A stretch of 64,000 bases of DNA, taken from NCBI RefSeq assembly GCF_964355755.1, contig NC_092677.1, positions 766,101 to 830,100 on the forward strand, given 5' to 3'. The notes beneath the pieces are model-generated. The model did no database searches. It was given only the letters and a program-made list of their open reading frames with translations, and was not told the DNA's origin. The DNA is from Antedon mediterranea (lineage: Eukaryota > Animalia > Echinodermata). Numbering within the stretch: the first letter of the stretch is position 1; every line of letters begins with the position of its first letter. The position numbers and the translations under genes are program-made. Positions 1 to 14,691 of the stretch are shown here, one piece after another.

Positions 1-1479
1 ATCATTGTGACTATAAACACATTTGTGTCATCTGCATACATAATCATGTCTACATGGTTATATGCTAGACTAATATCATTAATGAATATAAGAAATAATA
101 ATGGACCCAATATGGATCCCTTAGGAACTCCAATGTTTACTGTCATTTACTAGACGAAGTAATAACAATAAATGTGTATTGTAGTCTTTTTTAAGATAGT
201 TTGAGAACCAGTTAAGCGGAACTCCTCTTAGGCCTATACCATAAAATCTTAACTTATCTAATAATATATCATGATCGATTGTATCAAACGCTTTTGATAA
301 ATCAAGGAAAACTCCTAGTGTGAACTCTTTATTCTCAATAGCGTTTGTGATTTTTTAAATCGATTGTATTAAAGCATGACTAGTTGAATGGTGTTGTCTA
401 AACCCATATTGTGTTTTACGTTATATTTTGAGAGGTAACAAATCGTTTGATCATACACAATCCTCTCAAATATTTTGGAAAAAAAGGGTAAAATGGAAAT
501 AGGCCGATAATTATTTATATCTGAGATGTCACCATTCTTAAATACCGGGATAACTTTAGCAATTTTTATATCAGCCGGGACACAGCCCGATGATAATGAC
601 GTATTAATAATATGCAATAAAGGTTTTAAAATAAACGGGGAAGCAGATTTTATGAGTTGGACACTTATACCATCATGGCCAGGAAAAGTATTCTTTGTGT
701 TTTTAATACAGTGGTTAAGTTCATGTTCAGTAACAGGTTTAAAAAACATGAAGAGGTAAAATTTCCCTTTAAGAAAGTTCTGTGGGTGATTTGATAATTT
801 TGACATTCATGCCTAAATTTATTATTTAGTTTTTCTCCAATATTAATAAAAAAGGAGTTGAATGCACTAGCTTTCTCATCATTATCAAAGAAAGTCTCAG
901 TACCCAATTTTATTTTTGTAGGCAAATTGGTAGTGTTTTTCCTACCCATTATATCATTTGGGATTGTTCACGTTTTTTTAATAATCTTGCTTATTTTGTT
1001 CAAACTGGACCATATAATATTCTTTTTCCCGATTTCTAATAGTAGTGGTTAACTTGTTTCTAAAATGTATGTACGTGCTTTTATTAGTAGTGGTGTTATT
1101 TTGTTTGTACTTTTTATATAATTTATGTTTTTGAGAGATAGCTCTGGCAATTTCAGCTGTGATCCAAGGAGATTTTAACTTGTTCGCCTTATTTCTAATT
1201 CGTTTTAAAGGGAAACAATTATCAATTGCTTTATTTGTAAAATTTTGATAAGCAACATTCGCATTATTTGAGAATAGCACATCATTCCACTGATTGCTTT
1301 GTAATTCTTGCAAAAAATACTCCGTTTGTTGAGGAGAGTATTGTCGTTTATATACAAATCGTGGATATTGCTTATTATGTTTTTCCAAAGTATCTACACA
1401 GAATATTGGGAAGTGATCAGAAATATCAGTAATTAGTATTCCACTTTTAAGGGACGTAGTAAAAGAATCAATGTTGCAA
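1..1479 (-). pseudogene. Decayed non-LTR retrotransposon ORF2 fragment (APE C-terminus, linker, reverse transcriptase; CR1/L2-group-like)
   Basis: Minus-strand motifs in order: SGILITDISDHFPIF (APE end, ~1400-1450), [67 protein letters not shown] (~28-39). Broken by frameshifts (ORFs 978-1388, 665-949, 369-806). Interrupted at 1479/1480 by the Helentron nest. Confidence 0.92.
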
Positions 1480-1824
1480 CTAGATTTAATTCGTCACTAT
1501 GACGAATTATAGGTTATATGCATTGATTTAAATAAAGATAATTGATTTTTAAAAGATATTTTGATTCATTGATTTTCTCAGATTCTTTAATTATTTATAA
1601 TATAAGATAGGACCTTGCTAACGCGAATACAATAGCCGGTATCACAATCCGATCAAAGATCCCTCTGCGTATAATGTCATAAACCACATTTGCTGTTACA
1701 TAATAATAAAGACATAAGTTATTTTTTATCTAGATTTCATTATAAATCATGTGTATAATATATACACTAAGAAATAAATTTGAACAAACAATACGGATAA
1801 TAAAAAAAAAATCTTATTTCGTTT

Positions 1825-1897
1825 CCCAAAAGGTGAGGCTCGATCTCGGTACCTTGAGTGCCATAGACACGAGCACACACCACCGAGCCATACACAG
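1825..1897 (-). ncRNA. tRNA-derived segment with Pol III A/B-box-like motifs in family-A bodies (all 11 A copies)
   Basis: Minus-strand consensus TGTGTA-TGGCTCGGTGG-TGTGTGCTCGTGTCTATGGCACTCAAGGTACC-GAGATCGAGTCTC-ACCTTGGG, followed ~12 nt later by a long T run. Acceptor stem does not pair, so not a functional tRNA. Confidence 0.5.
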
Positions 1898-2895
1898 CTG
1901 ACTAAAAATTGTAGAAAAATTCCTCCGTGTATTTACTATGCAGTAACCACTTTGGTGCAGATAGATTATTACATACCGCAATGAATTATAATTTTTTACT
2001 ATGATGACATCTCTAAAAATGTACAAAAATGATGCACTGTCAAACTATATACTTTTAACTTTAATATATGAACTTTTGAAGGAAGAAAGTTAATGTTAAG
2101 TTTGTTATTTTGGCCTAAGAAAATGTCATGATTTGTTTGATTGTCGAAATGAATTTTTTTTAATTTAATATGCAATTAATTATGGCTTAATCAACTTTTG
2201 TTCCCTTAGTTTAATAATTAATCATACATAAGATACATACACTTCAAGAAAATGAAATAAAAAATATGTGTTCCCGAGCATTCTGACGATCTATATTAAT
2301 TTTAAAATTTAGCATATTTTCACCATTTTGTTAACTTACACGTGCGTAGCCTGTCACTTTTGACGTGCTCGTATAAGGCAATTACGCGTTGAAAAGTGAA
2401 TAAAATATGATGATATTATTAAAGAAAGGTTGTACAACCGAAATTGGACAAAAAGAGTGCGCATTAACGTATAACGCGCAGTGCGCGTGCAAAAATCTGC
2501 GCACTCATGGCAATTTTTTAAACGCTTAAAATTGCCTGAAACGTACTCTAATTTCCTCGAAAATAAATTTTGACAATTTTGAACATTTTAAGCGCGCGTA
2601 CGCAAGCGTTATATGCGCTACGCACGTAATTGTATTGCCATATGATGAAATATGACCTGAAATTTATGAGTACCAAATTTTGTTTAATTGTGATTCATGC
2701 TTGTGAAGATATGATTACAAACGTGATTTCGTAAAATCGCGCGTAGACCGCGTAATTTTTGATTACGCATCGTGAAAATATAACCACATCGATTCCTGTC
2801 CATAAGGAATATACTCTGAAAAATTGACTTAGATAGATGAAACTGATATCAAGATAATTCACGGACAAAATAGTGCTAAGGAAAGAATAAATAAA

Positions 2896-4299
2896 CTAGA
2901 TTTAATTCGTCACTATGACGAATTATAGGTTATATGCATTGATTTAAATAAAGATAATTGATTTTTAAAAGATATATTGATTGATTGATTTTCTCAGAAT
3001 CTTTAATTATTTATAATATATGATAGGACCTTGCTAACGCGAACACCATAGCCGGTATCACAATCCGATCAAAGATCCATATGCGTATAATGTCATAAAC
3101 CACATTTGTTGTTACATAATAATAAAGACATAAGTTAATTTTTATCTAGATTTCATTGTAAATCATGTGTATAATCTATACACTAAGAAATAAATTTGAA
3201 CAAACAATACGGATAATAAAAAAAAATCTTATTTCGTTTCCCAAGGTGAGACTCGATCTCGGTACCTTGAATGCCATAGACACGAGCACAGACCACCGAG
3301 CCGTACACAACTGACTAAAAGTTGTAGAAAAATTCCTTCGTGTATTTACTATGCAGTAACCACTTTGATGCAAATAGATTATTACATACCGAAATGAATT
3401 ATAATTTTTTACTATGATGACATCTTTAAAATGTATACAAATGATGCACTGTCAAACTACATACTTTTAACTTTAATATATGAATTTTTGAAGGAAGAAA
3501 GTTAATGTTAAGTTTGTTATTTTGGCCTAAGAAAATGTCATAATTTGTTTGATTGTCGAAATTATTTTTTTTAAATTTAATATGCAATTAATGATGACTT
3601 AATCAACTTTTGTTCTCTTTATTTGATAATAAATCATACATATGATACATACACTTCAAGAAAATGAAATAAAAAATAGGTGTTCCCCTGCATTCTGACG
3701 ATATATATTAATTTTAAAATTTAGCATATTTTCACCATTTTGTTAACTTATACGTGCGTAGCCAGTCACTTTTGACGTGCTCGTATAACGCAATTTCGAG
3801 TTGAAACCTGAATCAAATATGATGATATTATTAAAGAAAGATTGTAAAACAGAAATCGGGCAAAAAGAGTGCGCATTAACGTTTAACGCGCAGTGCGCGT
3901 GCAAAAATCTGCGCACTCATGGCATTTTTTTAAACGCTTAAAATTGCCTGAAACGTACTCTAATTTCATCGAAAATAAATTTTGACAATTTTGAACATTT
4001 TAAGCGCGCGTACGCAAGCGTTATATGCGCTACGCACGTAATTTTATTGCCATATGATGAAATATGACCTGAAATTTATGAGTACCAAATTTTGTTTAAT
4101 TGTGATTCATGCTTGTGAAGATATGATTACAAACGTGATTTCGTAAAATCGCGCGTAGACCGCGTAATTTTTGATTACGCATCGTGAAAATATAACCACA
4201 TCGATTCCTGGCCATGAGGAATATACTCTGAAAACTTGACTTAGCTAGATTAAACTGATGCCAAGATAATGCACGGACAAAATAGTGCTAAGGAAAGAA

Positions 4300-4334
<35 letters not shown>

Positions 4335-4382
4335 AGATTTTGACAGAATCAAGAGGTTATATGCATATCATGCATATAACCT
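2896..4382 (-). mobile_element. Complete family-A non-autonomous Helentron (A2)
   Basis: CTAG at 2896, hairpin, subTIR AGGTTATATGCAT; (TAAA)n tract 4298-4335; head 4336-4382 ending in palindrome AGGTTATATGCAT-atc-ATGCATATAACCT. Confidence 0.88.
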
Positions 4383-7222
4383 AACTAGATTTAATTCGTC
4401 ACTATGACGAATTATAGGTTATATGCATTGATAATTAAAATAAAGATAATTTATTTTTAAAAGATATTTTGATTCATTGATTTTCTCAGATTCTTTAAAT
4501 AATATATAATATATGATAGGACCTTGCTAACGCGAATACAATAGCCGGTATCACAATCCGATCAAAGATCCCTCTGCGTATAATGTCATAAACCACATTT
4601 GCTGTTACATAATAATAAAGACATAAGTTATTTGTTATCTAGATTTCATTATAAATCATGTGTATAATATATACACTAAGAAATAAATTTGAACAAACAA
4701 TACGGATAATAAAAAAAAAATTTATTTCGTTTCCCAAGGTGAGACTCGATCTCGGTACCTTGAGTGCCATAGACACGAGCACACACCACCGAGCCATACA
4801 CAACTGACTAAAAATTGTAGAAAAATTCCTCCGTGTATTTACTATGCAGTAACCACTTTGGTGCAGATAGATTATTACATACCGCAATGAATTATAATTT
4901 TTTACTATGATGACATCTCTAAAAATGTACAAAAATGATGCACTGTCAAACTATATACTTTTAACTTTAATATATGAACTTTTGAAGGAAGAAAGTTAAT
5001 GTTAAGTTTGTTATTTTGGCCTAAGAAAATGTCATAATTTGTTTGATTGTCGAAATGAATTTTTTTTAATTTAATATGCAATTAATTATGGCTTAATCAA
5101 CTTTTGTTCCCTTAGTTTAATAATAAATCATACATAAGATACATACACTTCAAGAAAATTAAATAAAAAATAATTATGTGTTCCCGAGCATTCTGACGAT
5201 CTATATTAATTTTAAAATTTAGCATATTTTCACCATTTTGTTAACTTACACGTGCGTAGCCTGTCACTTTTGACGTGCTCGTATAAGGCAATTACGCGTT
5301 GAAAAGTGAATAAAATATGATGATATTATTAAAGAAAGGTTGTACAACCGAAATCGGACAAAAAGAGTGCGCATTAACGTATAACGCGCAGTGCGCGTGC
5401 AAAAATCTGCGCACTCATGGCAATTTTTTAAACGCTTAAAATTGCCTGAAACGTACTCTAATTTCATCGAAAATAAATTTTGACAATTTTGAACATTTTA
5501 AGCGCGCGTACGCAAGCGTTATATGCGCTACGCACGTAATTGTATTGCCATATGATGAAATATGACCTGAAATTTATGAGTACCAAATTTTTTTTAATTG
5601 TGATTCATGCTTGTGAAGATATGATTACAAACGTGATTTCGTAAAATCGCGCGTAGACCGCGTAATTTTTGATTACGCATCGTGAAAATATAACCACATC
5701 GATTCCTGGCCATAAGGAATATACTCTGAAAAATTGACTTAGATAGATGAAACTGATATCAAGATAATTCACGGACAAAATAGTGCTAAGGAAAGAATAA
5801 ATAAACTAGATTTAATTCGTCACTATGACGAATTATAGGTTATATGCATTGATAATTAATATAAAGATAATTGATTTTTAAAAGATATTTTGATTCATTG
5901 ATTTTCTCGGATTCTTTAATTATTTATAATATATGATAGGACCTTGCTAACGCGAATACAATAGCCGGTATCACAATCCGATCAAAGATCCCTCTGCGTA
6001 TAATGTCATAAACCACATTTGCTGTTACATAATAATAAAGACATAAGTTATTTTTTATCTAGATTTCATTATAAATCATGTGTATAATATATACACTAAG
6101 AAATAAATTTGAACAAACAATACGGTTAATAAAAAAAAAATCTTATTTCGTTTCCCAAGGTGAGACTCGATCTCGGTACCTGGAGTGCCATAGACACGAG
6201 CACACACCACCGAGCCATACACAACTGACTAAAAATTGTAGAAAAACTTCCTCCGTGTATTTACTATGCAGTAACCACTTTGATGCAGATAGATTATTAC
6301 ATACCGCAATGAATTATAATTTTTTACTATGATGACATCTCTAAAAATGTACAAAAATGATGCACTGTCAAACTATATACTTTTAACTTTAATATATGAA
6401 CTTTTGAAGGATGAAAGTTAATGTTAAGTTTGTTATTTTGGCCTAAGAAAATGTCATAATTTGTTTGATTGTCGAAAATATTTTTTTTAATTTAATATGC
6501 AATTAATCATGGCTTAATCAACTTTTGTTCCCTTAGTTTAATAATAAATCATACATAAGATACATACACTTCAAGAAAATGAAATAAAAAATATGTGTTC
6601 CCGAGCATTCTGACGATCTATATTAATTTTAAAATTTAGCATATTTTCACCATTTTGTTAACTTACACGTGCGTAGCCTGTCACTTTTGACGTGCTCGTA
6701 TAAGGCAATTACGCGTTGAAAAGTGAATAAAATATGATGATATTATTAAAGAAAGGTTGTACAACCGAAATCGGACAAAAAGAGTGCGCATTAACGTATA
6801 ACGCGCAGTGCGCGTGCAAAAATCTGCGCACTCATGGCAATTTTTTAAACGCTTAAAATTGCCTGAAACGTACTCTAATTTCATCGAAAATAAATTTTGA
6901 CAATTTTGAACATTTTAAGCGCGCGTACGCAAGCGTTATATGCGCTACGCACGTAACTGTATTGCCATATGATGAAATATGACCTGAAATTTATGAGTAC
7001 CAAATTTTGTTTAATTGTGATTCATGCTTGTGAAGATATGATTACAAACGTGATTTCGTAAAATCGCGCGTAGACCGCGTAATTTTTGATTACGCATCGT
7101 GAAAATATAACCACATCGATTCCTGGCCATAAGGAATATACTCTGAAAAATTGACTTAGATAGATGAAACTGATATCAAGATAATTCACGGACAAAATAG
7201 TGCTAAGGAAAGAATAAATAAA

Positions 7223-8851
7223 CTAGAACTTAAACTCGTCACTTGAGGACGAGTTTGGTTATCCGCCAGCAACAAAGCGTATCTTGCGTATTCAAGTACT
7301 TCCAAGTTATGACTTTTCCAAAAAAAGTAGGCTATTCAAAATTAAAACTGCCCTCTCAGTGTAATAACCAACTAAACCCTTTTAAATAATTGTTTTCCCC
7401 TAACGGGACTCGAACCCGGTACCTCTGATACCAAAGTCGGTTGCATTACACATCGAGCCATATGACCACCTGCTGACGAAAATCCGAAGAAAGAGTCCTG
7501 GTTCATTCGGTATGTCGTGAACCCCCTCGATGCAAGTTGATTATTACATATCAAACTTAAATCATAAATTTTACTATGATGAAATCTTCAAAAATTTTAA
7601 ACGCTGATATTTTATGAAAGTACATACTTTCAAGTTTTATATATTAACATGTAAAGAAAAAAGATAAATGTTATGTTTATTGTTTTGCTCTTTGAATATG
7701 TTTATGTTTGTTTGATGATAATTATTTCAAACATTACATTTAATATGCAAATAATGTAGGCATCAAACACTTTTTAACATTCAAGACTATAATAAATTAG
7801 ACCTATGATTAATACACTGCAAGAAAATAAAATAAAAAATGGGGGTAACCTTGCATTCTGATGAACTGTTTCATTTTTAAAAGTAGACATATTTAGGAAC
7901 ATTTTCATAATTTTTTGACGTTTTCGTGCGCAACCTGTCGTGTTTAACGTGCTCGTAGAACGCCATTTCAAGTTGAAAAGTGAATAAAATAACGTAAAAT
8001 TGTTAACCGAAGATTTAAAAACACAAATCGTGTAAAAGAAATGTTTATACGTGTTCCCTGCGCCATGCGCGCGTAAAAATGTGCGCACCAGTGGCAATTT
8101 TTTAAACGCCTAAAATGACCTGAATCGTGCTCTAATTTAATCAAAAATTGATTTGAAGCATTTTAAAATTTCAAACGCCATTTACGCGCGCACTTTCTAA
8201 TGTTACAAATTGCGGTAGCGTTAAAAAAGTTAACTATTGATGTGAAGCAAACGTGGCTGAAAATGACGTTAATAAATATTCATTTGTGTCGAAGTTATAA
8301 CCAATTTAAGATTTTCAGAAAATCACGCGTAACTTACGCTACGCGGCTCTGACATTGTCAAAAAGCTTGGCTGGACAACTTCAGTAAAATGTCTAAATGC
8401 TGAACAAGTTACAACATATTATGTTTACACGTTGAAGAGAAACAGCGTGCACAAAATAAGAAGAGTAAAATATTTCAAACGCAATTTACGCGAAAACTTT
8501 CTAATCTCCAAAAATTTGTTAAACATTCCAAAAGTTAGCCATTGATGTGAAGAAAACGTGGCTGAAAATTTTGTTAAAAAATATTTATCGGTTTCGAAGT
8601 TATGACCGATTTAAGATTTTCAGAAAATCGCGCGTAACTTACGCTACGCGGATCTGACATTGTCAAAAAGCTTGGCAGTACATCTACAGTTAAATGTCTA
8701 TATGTTGATGAAGTTACAACATGTTATGTTAACACGTTAAAGAGAAAACGCGTGCACAAAATCCGAGAAAGAAAGAAGAATAATAAAAAAAAAAAAAAAA
8801 AAAAAAAGTAACACTACAATAACAAAGGTTATCCGCTTGAGGCGGATAACC
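7223..8851 (-). mobile_element. Complete family-B non-autonomous Helentron (B1)
   Basis: CTAG 7223, hairpin AAACTCGTC-acttgag-GACGAGTTT, subTIR GGTTATCCGC; internal ~300-bp direct duplication (~8160-8455, ~8470-8760); GAAA/poly-A tract; head 8808-8851 with GGTTATCCGC-ttgag-GCGGATAACC. Confidence 0.88.
7397..7467 (-). ncRNA. tRNA-derived segment with A/B boxes in family-B bodies (also ~19706, ~21258, ~22815)
   Basis: Minus strand GGTCATA-TGGCTCGATGTG-TAATGCAACCGACTTTGGTATCAGAGGTAC-CGGGTTCGAGTCCCG; canonical T-arm/B-box GGTTCGAGTCC. Confidence 0.6.
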
Positions 8852-11800
8852 AACTAGATTTAATTCGTCACTATGACGAATTATAGGTTATATGCATTGA
8901 TTTAAATAAAGATAATTGATTTTTAAAAGATATATTGATTGATTGATTTTCTCAGAATCTTTAATTATTTATAATATATGATAGGACCTTGCTAACGCGA
9001 ATAGCATAACCGGTATCACAATCCGATCAAAGATCCCTCTGCGTATAATGTCATAAACCGCATTTGTTGTTACATAATAATAAAGACATAAAGTAACTTT
9101 TTATCTAGATTTCATTATAAATCATGTGTATAATCTATACACTAAGAAATAAATTTGAACAATACGGATAATAAAAAAAAAATCTTATTTCGTTTCCCAA
9201 GGTGAGACTCGAACTCGGTACCTTGAATGCCATTGACACGAGCACAGACCATCGAGCCATACACAACTGACTAAAAGTTGGAGAAAAATTCCTCCGTGTA
9301 TTTACTATGCAGTAACCACTTTGGTGCAGATAGATTATTACATACCGCAATGAATTATAATGTTTTACTATGATGACATCTTTAAAAATTTAAAAAAATG
9401 ATGCACTGTCAAACTATATACTTTTAACTTTAATATATGAACTTCTTAAGGAAGAAAGTTAACGTTAAGTTTGTTATTTTGGCCTAAGAAAATGTTATAA
9501 TTTGTTTGATTGTCGAAATTAATTTTGTTAAATTTAATATGCCATTAATGATGACTTAATCAACTTTTGTTCTTCTAATTTCATAATAAATCATACATAT
9601 GATACATACACTTCAAGAAAATTAAATAAAAAATAGGTGTTCCCGAGCATTCTAACGATATATATTAATTTTAAAATTTAGCATATTTTCACCATTTTGT
9701 TAACTTACACGTGCGTAGCCCGTCACTTTTGACGTGCTCGTATAACGCTGTTTCGCGTTGAAAAGTGAATAAAATATGATGATATTATTAAAGAAAGGTT
9801 ATACAACAGTAATCGGACACAAACAGTGCGCATTAACGTTTGACGCGCAGTACGCGTGCAAAAATCTGCGCACTCATGGCAATTTTTTAAACGCTTAAAA
9901 TTGCCTGAAACGTACTCTAATTTCATCGAAAATAAATTCTGACAATTTTCAACATTTTAAGCGCGCGTACGCATGCGTTATATGCGCTACGCACGTAATT
10001 GTATTTCCATATGATGAAATATGACCTGAAATTTATGAGTACCAAATTTTGTTTAAAAGTGATTCATGTTTGTGAAGATATGATTACAAACGTGATTTCG
10101 TTAAATCGCGCGTAGACCGCGTAATTTTTGATTGCGCATCGTGAAAACATAACCACATCGATTCCTGGCCATAAGGAATATACTCTGAAAAATTGACTTA
10201 GATAGATGAAACTGATGCCAAGATAATTCACGGACAAATAGTGCTAAGGAAAGAATAAATAAACTAGATTTAATTCGTCACTATGACGAATTATAGGTTA
10301 TATGCATTGATTTAAATAAAGATAATTGATTTTTAAAAGATATATTGATTGATTGATTTTCTCAGAATCTTTAATTATTTATAATATATGATAGGACCTT
10401 GCTAACGCGAACACCATAGCCGGTATCACAATCCGATCAAAGATCCCTCTGCGTATAATGTCATAAACCGCATTTGTTGTTACATAATAAAAAAGACATA
10501 AAGTAACTTTTTATCTAGATTTCATTATAAATCATGTGTATAATCTATACACTAAGAAATAAATTTGAACAATACGGATAATAAAAAAAAAATCTTATTT
10601 CGTTTCCCAAGGTGAGACTCGAACTCGGTACCTTGAATGCCATTGACACGAGCACAGACCATCGAGCCATACACAACTGACTAAAACTTGGAGAAAAATT
10701 CCTCGGTGTATTTACTATGCAGTAACCACTTTGGTGCAGATAGATTATTACATACCGCAATGAATTATAATGTTTTACTATGATGACATCTTTAAAAATT
10801 TAAAAAAATGATGCACTGTCAAACTATATACTTTTAACTTTAATATATGAACTTCTTAAGGAAGAAAGTTAACGTTAAGTTTGTTATTTTGGCCTAAGAA
10901 AATGTTATAATTTGTTTGATTGTCGAAATTAATTTTGTTGAATTTAATATGCCATTAATGATGACTTAATCAACTTTTGTTCTTCTAATTTCATTATAAA
11001 TCATACATATGATACATACACTTCAAGAAAATTAAATAAAAAATAGGTGTTCCCGAGCATTCTAACGATATATATTAATTTTAAAATTTAGCATATTTTC
11101 ACCATTTTGTTAACTTACACGTGCGTAGCCCGTCACTTTTGACGTGCTCGTATAACGCTGTTTCGCGTTGAAAAGTGAATAAAATATGATGATATTATTA
11201 AAGAAAGGTTATACAACAGTAATCAGACACAAACAGTGCGCATTAACGTTTGACGCGCAGTGCGCGTGCAAAAATCTGCGCACTCATGGCAATTTTTTAA
11301 ACGCTTAAAATTGCCTGAAACGTACTCTAATTTCATCGAAAATAAATTCTGACAATTTTCAACATTTTAAGCGCGCGTACGCAAGCGTTATATGCGCTAC
11401 GCACGTAATTTTATTGCCATATGATGAAATATGACCTGAAATTTATGAGTACCAAATTTTGTTTAATTGTGATTCATGCTTGTGAAGATATGATTACAAA
11501 CGTGATTTCGTAAAATCGCGCGTAGACCGCGTAATTTTTGATTACGCATCGTGAAAATATAACCACATCGATTCCTGGCCATAAGGAATATACTCTGAAA
11601 ACTTGACTTAGCTAGATGAAACTGATGCCAAGATAATGCACGGACAAAATAGTGCTAAGGAAAGAATAAATAAACTAGATTTAATTCGTCACTATGACGA
11701 ATTATAGGTTATATGCATTGATAATTAAAATAAAGATAATTGATTTTTAAAAGATATTTTGATTCATTGATTTTCTCAGATTCTTTAATTATTTATAATA

Positions 11801-14516
11801 TATGATAGGACCTTGCTAACGCGAATACAATAGCCGGTATCACAATCCGATCAAAGATCCCTCTGCGTATAATGTCATAAACCACATTTGCTGTTACATA
11901 ATAATAAAGACATAAGTTATTTTTTATCTAGATTTCATTATAAATCATGTGTATAATATATACACTAAGAAATAAATTTGAACAAACAATACGGTTAATA
12001 AAAAAAAAATCTTATTTCGTTTCCCAAGGTGAGACTCGATCTCGGTACCTTGAGTGCCATAGACACGAGCACACACAACCGAGCCATACACAACTGACTA
12101 AAAATTGTAGAAAAATTCCTCCGTGTATTTACTATGCAGTAACCACTTTGATGCAGATAGATTATTACATACCGCAATGAATTATAATTTTTTACTATGA
12201 TGACATCTCTAAAAATGTACAAAAATGATGCACTGTCAAACTATATACTTTTAACTTTAATATATGAACTTTTGAAGGATGAAAGTTAATGTTAAGTTTG
12301 TTATTTTGGCCTAAGAAAATGTCATAATTTGTTTGATTGTCGAAAATATTTTTTTTAATTTAATATGCAATTAATCATGGCTTAATCAACTTTTGTTCCC
12401 TTAGTTTAATAATAAATCATACATAAGATACATACACTTCAAGAAAATGAAATAAAAAATATGTGTTCCCGAGCATTCTGACGATCTATATTAATTTTAA
12501 AATTTAGCATATTTTCACCATTTTGTTAACTTACACGTGCGTAGCCTGTCACTTTTGACGTGCTCGTATAAGGCAATTACGCGTTGAAAAGTGAATAAAA
12601 TATGATGATATTATTAAAGAAAGGTTGTACAACCGAAATCGGACAAAAAGAGTGCGCATTAACGTATAACGCGCAGTGCGCGTGCAAAAATCTGCGCACT
12701 CATGGCAATTTTTTAAACGCTTAAAATTGCCTGAAACGTACTCTAATTTCATCGAAAATAAATTTTGACAATTTTGAACATTTTAAGCGCGCGTACGCAA
12801 GCGTTATATGCGCTACGCACGTAACTGTATTGCCATATGATGAAATATGACCTGAAATTTATGAGTACCAAATTTTGTTTAATTGTGATTCATGCTTGTG
12901 AAGATATGATTACAAACGTGATTTCGTAAAATTGCGCGTAGACCGCGTAATTTTTGATTACGCATCGTGAAAATATAACCACATCGATTCCTGGCCATAA
13001 GGAATATACTCTGAAAAATTGACTTAGATAGATGAAACTGATATCAAGATAATTCACGGACAAAATAGTGCTAAGGAAAGAATAAATAAACTAGATTTAA
13101 TTCGTCACTATGACAAATTATAGGTTATATGCATTGATTTAAATAAAGATAATTGATTTTTAAAAGATATATTGATTGATTGATTTTCTCAGAATCTTTA
13201 ATTATTTATAATATATGATAGGACCTTGCTAACGCGAACACCTTAGCCGGTATCACAATCCGATCAAAGATCCATATGCGTATAATGTCATAAACCACAT
13301 TTGTTGTTACATAATAATAAAGACATAAGTTACTTTTTATCTATATTTCATTATAAATCATGTGTATAATCTATACACTAAGAAATAAATTTGAACAAAC
13401 AATACGGATAATAAAAAAAAAATCTTATTTCGTTTCCCAAGGTGAGACTCGATCTCGGTACCTTGAATGCCATAGACACGAGCACAGACCATCGAGCCAT
13501 ACACAACTGACTAAAAGTTGTAGAAAAATTCCTTCGTGTATTTACTATGCAGTAACCACTTTGGTGCAAATAGATTATTACATACCGCAATGAATTATAA
13601 TTTTTTACTATGATGACATCTTTAAAAATGTAAACAAATGATGCACTGTCAAACTATATACTTTTAACTTTAATATATGAACTTCTTAAGAAAGAAAGTT
13701 AATGTTAAGTTTGTTATTTCGGCCTAAGAAAATGTCATAATTTGTTTGATTGTCGAAATTAATTTTTGTAAATTTAATATGCCATTAATGATGACTTAAT
13801 CAAATTTTGTTCTCTTAATTTTATAATAAATCATACATATGATACATACACTTCAAGAAAATGAAATAAAAAATAGCTGTTCCCGAGCATTCTAACGATA
13901 TATATTAATTTTAAAATTTAGCATATTTTCACCATTTTGTTAACTTACACGTGCGTAGCCTGTCACTTTTGACGTGCTCGTATAACGCTGTTTCGCGTTG
14001 AAAAGTGAATAAAATATGATGATATTATTAAAGAAAGGTTATACAACAGTAATCGGACAAAAACAGTGCGCATTAACGTTTGACGCGCAGTGCACGTGCA
14101 AAAATCTGCGCACTCATGGCAATTTTTTAAACGCTTAAAATTGCCTGAAACGTACTCTAATTTCATCGAAAATAAATTCTGACAATTTTCAACATTTTAA
14201 GCGCGCGTACGCATGCGTTATATGCGCTACGCACGTAATTGTATTGCCATATGATGAAATATGACCTGAAATTTATGAGTACCAAATTTTGTTTAAAAGT
14301 GATTCATGCTTGTGAAGATATGATTACAAACGTGATTTCGTTAAATCGCGCGTAGACCGCGTAATGTTTGATTGCGCACCCTGAAAACATAACCACATCG
14401 ATTCCTGGCCATAAGGAATATACTCTGAAAAATTGACTTAGATAGATGAAACTGATATCAAGATAATTCACGGACAAAATAGTGCTAAGGAAAGAATAAA
14501 TAAATAAATAAATAAA

Positions 14517-14691
14517 GATTTTGACAGAATCAAGAGGTTATATGCATGATAATGCATATAACCTAATAAATAAATAAAGATTTTGACAGAATCAAGAGGT
14601 TATATGCATGATAATGCATATAACCTAATAAATAAATAAATAAAGATTTTGACAGAATCAAGAGGTTATATGCATATCATGCATATAACCT
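14517..14691 (-). repeat. Stack of three family-A 5' heads
   Basis: GATTTTGACAGAATCAAGAGGTTATATGCAT-loop-ATGCATATAACCT at 14517, 14579 and 14645, separated by (TAAA)n; loops gata, gata, atc. Confidence 0.95.
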
